Part shown: positions 57,646 to 64,000 of the stretch, in pieces
How the letters are laid out: each line of letters starts with the position of its first letter
How positions within the stretch are numbered: the stretch's first letter is position 1
Assembly (NCBI GenBank): GCA_965208125.1
Contig: OZ242320.1
Span: 1,984,001 to 2,048,000, forward strand
Source: Candidatus Latescibacterota bacterium
GTDB lineage: Bacteria > Latescibacterota > UBA2968
DNA length: 64,000 nucleotides
Direction of reading: 5' to 3'
Position numbers and translations under genes: made by a program
Notes under the pieces: model-generated
The model's database searches: none
Seen by the model: only the letters and a program-made list of their open reading frames with translations
Told to the model about the DNA's origin: nothing

Positions 57646-60045
57646 CTATTCATACCGCAATGCTGTGGCTGGATCGGTCAAGGCTGCGCGAATCGCCTGC
57701 GTGCTCACGGTCATGATCGCGATTGCTATTGTTAGCAACCCACTTAATACAAAGACCAGCGCGCCCAGATCTATGCGATACGCAAATCCCGCCAACCATT
57801 CATTCATGACCCAATAGACCAGCGGAAATGCGATTAGATTGGCCAGCAGTACCAGGATCACAACTTCCCGCGAGAGTAAGCGTACGATATTGGGGACGGA
57901 TGCGCCCAGGGTCTTGCGAATGCCTATTTCTCTGGTGCGCTGCTCTGCTGTAAATGCCGCGAGGCCAAACAGGCCCAGACACGCGATTATAATCGCCAGC
58001 CCGGCAAATACAGTTATAAGTGTTCCTATCCGTTGTTCGGCGAGATAATAATACGCCAGGTGTTCGTCTAAAAAACGGTAATAAAACGGCTTTTCGGGAA
58101 TATATTTCCGCCATATTTCACCGATATATTTAAGCGTTTCGTCAATATCCTGACCGCGAATTTTTAGTGTTAGTACGTTGAACTTGGGTTGCCACATCGC
58201 AATCGCCACGGGGCGGATGATTTCGTGTAGCGACCGGTTGTGAAAATCTTTTACCACGCCGATTACAACGCCTTTCTCCCGGTTGTGCGCAGCCCATCCA
58301 AATTCCTTTCCAAGCGGCTCGGTCCATCCCAATCGCTTCACGGCAGTTTCATTCAGGATAAATGCCTGAGATGTATCGGTTGTTACGGCCAGTGAAAAAT
58401 TGCGACCCGCCGTGAGTTCCAGATTATAGGTGTCTAAAAAGGCTTCATCCACGCCCAGGACGCGCATCCGCCAGTCTTCCCCTCCCCTGCCTTCGGGAAA
58501 TACTCTGTCCAGTTGTCCCCCATATCCCATCGAAGAATGCGATGCCGATGTTTTCAAGATGTTTGGGTGCTTCAGATATTCATTTTTGATATTCAAATAA
58601 TCATCCGTCAAGCGTCGATCTGTAGAAAATAGCCAGGTTAGAACTATGAGGTCTTTATCGAATCCCAGGTTTTTGTTCTGTACGTAATTCAACTGTTGAT
58701 ATACCGTGTATGTGCCCGCGATTAAAAATGTCGAGATCGCAAATTGAAATACCACGAGAACTTGTCGCAGTCGGCCGCTTCTGGTTCCTGAAATAAGCGT
58801 GCCTTTCAGTACTGTTACGGGTCGAAAACTGGATAGAAATAGCGCGGGATATCCTCCGGAGAGGAGGCTTACCAGTATGGTTAAAACAAATAGTCCGGCA
58901 ATCGCATACCACAGGGTCTGTCCTTCGAGCGCGATTGTTTTTTGGGCAAAGTTGTTCAGGAGGGGTAGTGAAATTTTCACAATAATTAGCGACAATATCC
59001 CGGCCAACAGTGCGGTCAAAAACGTCTCTCCCAAGAACTGTCGGATCAATTGGGCGCGATAGGCTCCCACTACTTTTCGCAACCCGACTTCGCGTGCCCG
59101 TCGCGCAGAGCGCGCTGTTGATAGGTTCATAAAGTTGATGCACGCAATCAGTAAAATGAAAAGTCCGATGATTGCAAACAGGTACACATACGTGATGTCG
59201 CTGTAAGATGAGATGCCGTAATCCACTTTGGAATACAGATAGATTCGCTCTAAGGGTTGCAAAAAATAGGTGCTCTTTTTGACGATTTCATCGCCCATGT
59301 ATCGCGCCATGAATTCAGGCAATTTTGCTTCGAGTGCTTTCGCATCTGCGCCTTCTCGCAATAAGATGTAATTGTTTGCTGGTCGCCAGGTTGAATCCAC
59401 CGCCCACGTTTCAAATACGTTCCGCGTCCAATAGGTGTTCACGGTTGCACATACAATGTCAAATTGCATGGTTGATTGCCGAGGCGCGTTTTTCAGTACC
59501 CCGGTAATCGTATATACCCCGCCCATATACCGATCATCAACGGTAAGCACTTTTCCTATTGGGTCGTCATTTCCAAAAAATCGTTGCGCGGTTGTCTCTG
59601 TTACCAGGATGGAAAGCGGTTCTTTGAGTACTGTCGCGCGATCTCCCTTCATCAGTTCAAAATCGAAGACATTCAGGAAATCGGGATCTGTCAAACAGAA
59701 TCGCTGATTAAATTTGCGGTCTTTATACGTGGTCCAGACATAGTCCGGCATATATCGCACGACTGTTTCGATTTCTGAATAGTCTTTTTTGAGTGCGGGT
59801 CCCGCTGCCCCCGATGTGCCAAAACCCATGTCACGGGTGCCGTCATCGTTGCGCATCTCGCGGATCAATTTGTAGATCCGATCGCTCTTTTTGTGAAACC
59901 GATCCACGCGAAACTCATCGTGAATGAATAATCCGATGAGGACACAACAGGCCACGCCCACCGATAATCCCAGTACATTGATCAGCGAGTATCCCTTGTG
60001 GCGTATCAAATTTCGCAGGGCGATTTTCAGATAGTTTTGGAACAT
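57646..60045 (-). CDS. MacB/FtsX-type ABC permease
   Basis: MFQNYLKIALRNL, ACINFMNLSTARS, EQRTREIGIRK, LRYE. Confidence 0.93.
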   Translation of the reverse strand: MFQNYLKIALRNLIRHKGYSLINVLGLSVGVACCVLIGLFIHDEFRVDRFHKKSDRIYKLIREMRNDDGTRDMGFGTSGAAGPALKKDYSEIETVVRYMPDYVWTTYKDRKFNQRFCLTDPDFLNVFDFELMKGDRATVLKEPLSILVTETTAQRFFGNDDPIGKVLTVDDRYMGGVYTITGVLKNAPRQSTMQFDIVCATVNTYWTRNVFETWAVDSTWRPANNYILLREGADAKALEAKLPEFMARYMGDEIVKKSTYFLQPLERIYLYSKVDYGISSYSDITYVYLFAIIGLFILLIACINFMNLSTARSARRAREVGLRKVVGAYRAQLIRQFLGETFLTALLAGILSLIIVKISLPLLNNFAQKTIALEGQTLWYAIAGLFVLTILVSLLSGGYPALFLSSFRPVTVLKGTLISGTRSGRLRQVLVVFQFAISTFLIAGTYTVYQQLNYVQNKNLGFDKDLIVLTWLFSTDRRLTDDYLNIKNEYLKHPNILKTSASHSSMGYGGQLDRVFPEGRGGEDWRMRVLGVDEAFLDTYNLELTAGRNFSLAVTTDTSQAFILNETAVKRLGWTEPLGKEFGWAAHNREKGVVIGVVKDFHNRSLHEIIRPVAIAMWQPKFNVLTLKIRGQDIDETLKYIGEIWRKYIPEKPFYYRFLDEHLAYYYLAEQRIGTLITVFAGLAIIIACLGLFGLAAFTAEQRTREIGIRKTLGASVPNIVRLLSREVVILVLLANLIAFPLVYWVMNEWLAGFAYRIDLGALVFVLSGLLTIAIAIMTVSTQAIRAALTDPATALRYE

Positions 60046-60067
60046 GTTTAACGTCAGAAATTAAGTT

Positions 60068-62449
60068 TCATTCATACCGCAGCGACTCAACGGGATTGGC
60101 CATGGCGACTTTGATCGCTTGAAAGCTCACGGTAAGGCAGGCTATAATCAGAGACAGGATGCCAGCGAAAACAAAAACGCGCCAGCCCAGAGATGTGTGA
60201 TAGGCAAAATCATTTAACCACTCGGTCATAAAGTGATAGGCCAGCGGGGCGGCCAGCGCAAAGGAGATGACAACCAGCCTGATGAACTCTTTGGAAAGCA
60301 GAATGACGAGATGGGGAATAGACGCACCGAGAACTTTTCTAATGCCGATTTCCTTAGTGCGTTGTTCGGCGGTATAGGACGCCAGGCCAAACAGACCCAG
60401 GCAAGAAATAAAAATGGCGAAAATTGCAAAAAAAGTAGCCAGCGTGCCCATCGTGCTTTCGTTGCGATACATGCTTTCAAACTGTTCGTCCTGAAAAGAA
60501 AATTCAAAAGCATGGTCCGCATTGAATTTCTTAAATGCCCGCTCAATACCTGCAATGGCCTCAGCCGTTTGTCCCGCGGCAATACGAACAAACAAATACT
60601 CCGTCCGGGTGGGACTCAGAAGAATAATCAGCGGTTCGATGGCGGTGTACAGGGATTGAAAATGAAAATTTTTAACCACACCAATAATTGGACCTTCGCG
60701 ACCAAACCGCAGACGGGTACCAACCGGGTTTTCCATGCCCATGGCTCGGGCCATTTCTTCATTCACGATAAAACTTCTGAGATCACCGGGAAAATCTCTG
60801 GAAAATTCGCGCCCGTGAACAAGCTCCATTTGCAGGGTATTGACCACATCGTAGTTGGCCTGTAACCTGTGAAAAATATGTTCTGAACTGGGATCTCTAC
60901 CCGCCCACATGGCATTTGTTCCGGTACTCGTTACCCTGAGTGGATTGTGTGCGGTACTGGTCACACCGACAATGCCCGGCTGTTGCAAAAGTTCGCGTCT
61001 GAAAGTCTCATACTGCCTCTTAGCTGCCCCTTCCAACCGCATATACACCAGATTATCGCGGTCAATTCCCAGATCTTTATTTCGCATATACGCAATCTGC
61101 TCATAAACCGTCAGCGTGCCGATAATGAGCAAAATAGAAAGACCGAATTGGAACACCACCAGCACCCGGCGCAACTGACTCGAACCCGACCCCGGTGTAA
61201 AAGTACCGTGCAAAACAACGACGGGATTAAAATTGGAAAGATAAAAAGCGGGATAGCTTCCCGCGAGCACCCCGGTTACAATCGCAATGCCAAAAAAAAT
61301 CAGAAGAATCTCGATACTGAAAAGATCGGTCGTGAGTGTCTGATTAACCAAATCGCTAAACGACGGCAAAACCAAAATGACCATGAACAGAGCCAGAATT
61401 GCAGCGAACATGGTCATCAGGAGAGATTCTCCCATAAACTGCCCAATCAGAATGGTTTTATGCGCCCCAACGGCCTTGCGAATCCCAATTTCCCGGGCGC
61501 GTTGCGTAGAACGCGCAGTCGATAAATTCATAAAGTTGATACTCGCGATCAGGATGATGAACACAGCCACGACAATAAACATCCGCACATAGTCAATCCG
61601 ACCACCAACCAGTTTGCCATTCCTGTAGTCGGAATACAGATGCATATCCTGATAGGGTTGTAAAAAAGCATCGCTTGTAACCGTCTTATCATTCTCTCTA
61701 ATAATATTTTTTATTTTGGCATTGAATTGATCGATATTGACATCCTTTTGCAACTGAACGTACAGTCGAAGGTGATTTACCGTCCACTGATAAAAACTGC
61801 GTTTATTAGCCAGATAAGATGCCATCGGCAAAATACAGTCATATCTCTGCGTCGAATTTACGGGCATGTTTTCATAAACCCCGGCCACCTTAAAACTTTT
61901 GTTATCGTATTGTATCAGGGCGTGCGTGCTATTCACCACAAATATCTGTCCCATCGCAATACTTCGCCAATCCTCTCCAAAATACTTCTCGGCCAGTCGC
62001 TCTGAGATGGCGATATTATTCGGTTCCGCAAGCGCGGTTTCGGGATCGCCCAGGATGAGGGGAAAGGTGAAAATCTTAAAAAAAGCCGGTCCAGCGTGAT
62101 ATCCGCGCTCCCGAAAAGTCTGTTTCCCCTGTGTCAAAAGTATGGGCTGAGTCCAGGTCACAAGCACGGTCTCGGTAACTTCGGGATATCGCTCTTCCAG
62201 CAATTTGGCACTCGGCTGCGGGATAGAAGACAGCGTCGAGATCTTATTCATGCCGTGATGATGCCGCATGAGGCGGTAGATTCGGTCGCCTTCCACGTGG
62301 AATTGATCGTAGCTGAGTTCGTGGGCGATCCACATAAAAATTAAAAAACTACAGGTCAGGCCCACTGAAAGACCCGCGATATTGATGATGGAATGGGTTT
62401 TTTGTCCCAAAAAATTGCGGATTGCAATTGTGATATAATTCTTAAACAT
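60068..62449 (-). CDS. MacB/FtsX-type ABC permease
   Basis: MFKNYITIAIRN, INFMNLSTARS, EQRTKEIGIRK, LRYE; GGAG RBS. Confidence 0.93.
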   Translation of the reverse strand: MFKNYITIAIRNFLGQKTHSIINIAGLSVGLTCSFLIFMWIAHELSYDQFHVEGDRIYRLMRHHHGMNKISTLSSIPQPSAKLLEERYPEVTETVLVTWTQPILLTQGKQTFRERGYHAGPAFFKIFTFPLILGDPETALAEPNNIAISERLAEKYFGEDWRSIAMGQIFVVNSTHALIQYDNKSFKVAGVYENMPVNSTQRYDCILPMASYLANKRSFYQWTVNHLRLYVQLQKDVNIDQFNAKIKNIIRENDKTVTSDAFLQPYQDMHLYSDYRNGKLVGGRIDYVRMFIVVAVFIILIASINFMNLSTARSTQRAREIGIRKAVGAHKTILIGQFMGESLLMTMFAAILALFMVILVLPSFSDLVNQTLTTDLFSIEILLIFFGIAIVTGVLAGSYPAFYLSNFNPVVVLHGTFTPGSGSSQLRRVLVVFQFGLSILLIIGTLTVYEQIAYMRNKDLGIDRDNLVYMRLEGAAKRQYETFRRELLQQPGIVGVTSTAHNPLRVTSTGTNAMWAGRDPSSEHIFHRLQANYDVVNTLQMELVHGREFSRDFPGDLRSFIVNEEMARAMGMENPVGTRLRFGREGPIIGVVKNFHFQSLYTAIEPLIILLSPTRTEYLFVRIAAGQTAEAIAGIERAFKKFNADHAFEFSFQDEQFESMYRNESTMGTLATFFAIFAIFISCLGLFGLASYTAEQRTKEIGIRKVLGASIPHLVILLSKEFIRLVVISFALAAPLAYHFMTEWLNDFAYHTSLGWRVFVFAGILSLIIACLTVSFQAIKVAMANPVESLRYE

Positions 62450-62513
62450 GGGATTCTCCTGTTCAAGTGTAAGTATTGATTTTGTTGTTTTGTCGCGTAC
62501 TGTAAAAACGGGG

Positions 62514-62597
62514 TTATAGTTGTACATCCCGGTCTAACCATCCGTCCGATAGATGTACGATGCGGTCTCCGTAAGCGGCGTTTTTCTCTGACATTGG
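62514..62597 (-). pseudogene. Duplicated 3' remnant of the ABC ATPase gene
   Basis: Encodes SEKNAAYGDRIVHLSDGWLDRDVQL* versus ...DRDEQL* at 63259-63336; offset 745. Confidence 0.92.
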
Positions 62598-62609
62598 TCG
62601 GGCAACCAG

Positions 62610-63206
62610 TTACTTCAGACAATGCGCCACTGCGTCCCTGTACGTTTCGAGCTCTGGGGTTTCCAGGTTCTTCACCTTGGCCAGATCATCCCATTTCCTG
62701 AGGTGCACGGCATTCTGGTAGTAAGGATTGCTTTCGAACTCGGTCCTTTCCCGATCTGACATGAAGCCTCCTTGCAGTTGGAAACTATGCTTAGAGGCTT
62801 CGGAAAGGGTGTTGTAGTAGGTCGAATCCGTGGTGCAGATGTATCGCTTGGCTGGAACGTGAAGTTTCACCGGTTCGGTCACCGCCTCGATAAAAAAGGG
62901 TGCTATGTACGCGGCGCCCACTTCTTCGTGGAGAAAGTCCTGGGTGTGGAAATCTGCGTTTTCTGCGTGTTCGTCCATCAGAAAATGGCCGATATCGTGC
63001 AATAGTGCGGCAGTTATCTGAATCGCGTCTCCATTGGCGAGCTGGGCCAGATTGGCGCACTGGAGCGCGTGTTCGAGTTGCGTTACGACTTCGTCGTAGT
63101 AGGACTGGCCCCTCGCTTCCATGTAGGCGAACAGGGCATCTATTTTTTTGTCTGACGTGCCTTCGGCCAATTCGTTCGCGAGTGTTGGATCGACGTGTTC
63201 CTTCAT
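62610..63206 (-). CDS. PhnZ/TmpB-like HD-domain di-iron oxygenase
   Basis: Y.DE.VTQLEHALQCA, LLHDIGH, HEEVGA, HVPAKRY, LSEAS..S..LQGG, LRKWDD.AK. Confidence 0.85.
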   Translation of the reverse strand: MKEHVDPTLANELAEGTSDKKIDALFAYMEARGQSYYDEVVTQLEHALQCANLAQLANGDAIQITAALLHDIGHFLMDEHAENADFHTQDFLHEEVGAAYIAPFFIEAVTEPVKLHVPAKRYICTTDSTYYNTLSEASKHSFQLQGGFMSDRERTEFESNPYYQNAVHLRKWDDLAKVKNLETPELETYRDAVAHCLK

Positions 63207-63258
63207 TTTGGCACCATCTTTCTCTAAAAATTTCGAGTGATAAATTTAATTGGAGGGA

Positions 63259-63933
63259 TTACAGCTGCTCATCCCGGTCTAACCATCCGTCCGATAGGTG
63301 TACGATGCGGTCCCCGTAAGCGGCGTTTTTCTCTGAGTGCGTGCATTGGACAATGGTTACGCCTTCGGCATTCAGGTGTTTGAACAGGGTCATGATCCGC
63401 TCGCCTTCTGCCGAGTTCAGGTTGCCGGTTGGCTCGTCGGCCAGTATCAATTTTGGTTGCGTGATCAATGCCCGGGCTATGCCTACCAGTTGTTGTTGTC
63501 CGCCGGATAACTGGTTGGGGAATAGTCGCTTTTTTGCCACGATGTTGAAGCGGTCCAGCATGTCGGCGATGCGGCCTTTGCGCTCGGATCCCTTTACTTT
63601 TTGATATAAGAGGGGAGTTTCCAAATTTTCGGCGACGGTTAGTTCGTCGATTAGATGGTAGCTCTGAAATACAAATCCGATGTGGTCGCGGTGCAGTTCG
63701 GTCAATGCGCGTTCGTCCAGTTTGTGAACTGCGCGGTTGTAAAAATGATACTCTCCATTCGAGGCGGTGTCCAGCATGCCCAGGATGTGCAATAGGGTTG
63801 ATTTGCCAGCACCAGAGGGTCCCATGATGGATACAAATTCTCCTTCGCGGATTTGTAGATCAATTCGCCGGAGTACGAATGTTTTTACGATGCCGTTTTC
63901 GTAGTATTTTTCGATGTTTTTTAGTTCGATCAT
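63259..63933 (-). CDS. ABC transporter ATP-binding protein (LolD/MacB-type)
   Basis: GPSGAGKST, LSGGQQQ, ILADEPTGNL; GGAG RBS before MIELK. Confidence 0.95.
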   Translation of the reverse strand: MIELKNIEKYYENGIVKTFVLRRIDLQIREGEFVSIMGPSGAGKSTLLHILGMLDTASNGEYHFYNRAVHKLDERALTELHRDHIGFVFQSYHLIDELTVAENLETPLLYQKVKGSERKGRIADMLDRFNIVAKKRLFPNQLSGGQQQLVGIARALITQPKLILADEPTGNLNSAEGERIMTLFKHLNAEGVTIVQCTHSEKNAAYGDRIVHLSDGWLDRDEQL

Positions 63934-63965
63934 GTCTATCTCCTTATTAGCGGTCAGCATTCAGC

Positions 63966-63991
63966 GGGCGACCACAGGGGGTCGCCCCTAC
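63966..63991 (-). repeat. GTAG-type REP element preceded by CAGCNNN heptamers
   Basis: GGGCGACCACAGGGGGTCGCCCCTAC. Confidence 0.75.
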
Positions 63992-64000
63992 AAATCGGAT

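Overview
Bacterial chromosomal window containing the replication origin. Order: yidC (partial)-rnpA-rpmH on the minus strand, a divergent dnaA, and a DnaA-box/DnaA-trio oriC at about 3.55-3.9 kb. The dnaN-recF-DUF721(dciA)-gyrB-gyrA block is not next to dnaA; it lies about 20 kb away in the opposite orientation, followed by addAB. The rest is mostly catabolic: six Cys-type sulfatases, GH117, a frameshifted GH2, BNR and FG-GAP propellers, Gfo/Idh/MocA, SDR and Zn dehydrogenases, two PhyH dioxygenases and two ThDP enzymes. There are also three MacB/FtsX-type permeases with an ATPase, a PcfJ-like protein, and small cargo inserts (AbrB/RelE-like TA pair, ABC-ATPase plus DUF4276, PhnZ-like HD protein). 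The gene content suggests a marine or sponge-associated Latescibacterota/Gemmatimonadota-like organism (inference only). The most striking unexplained pattern occurs four times: a host gene's 3' end is followed by 0.13-1.3 kb of cargo and then a diverged second copy of that same 3' end, with no integrase or transposase in the window. Other notable items are paired NrdR-like boxes at dnaA, non-canonical quinolone pockets in both gyrase subunits, a secreted alpha/beta-hydrolase fused to a SAM-halogenase-type C-terminal domain, paired 12-bp-period repeat arrays, and GTAG-type REPs, one carrying a nested hairpin. All calls come from reading the sequence; no database searches were run.
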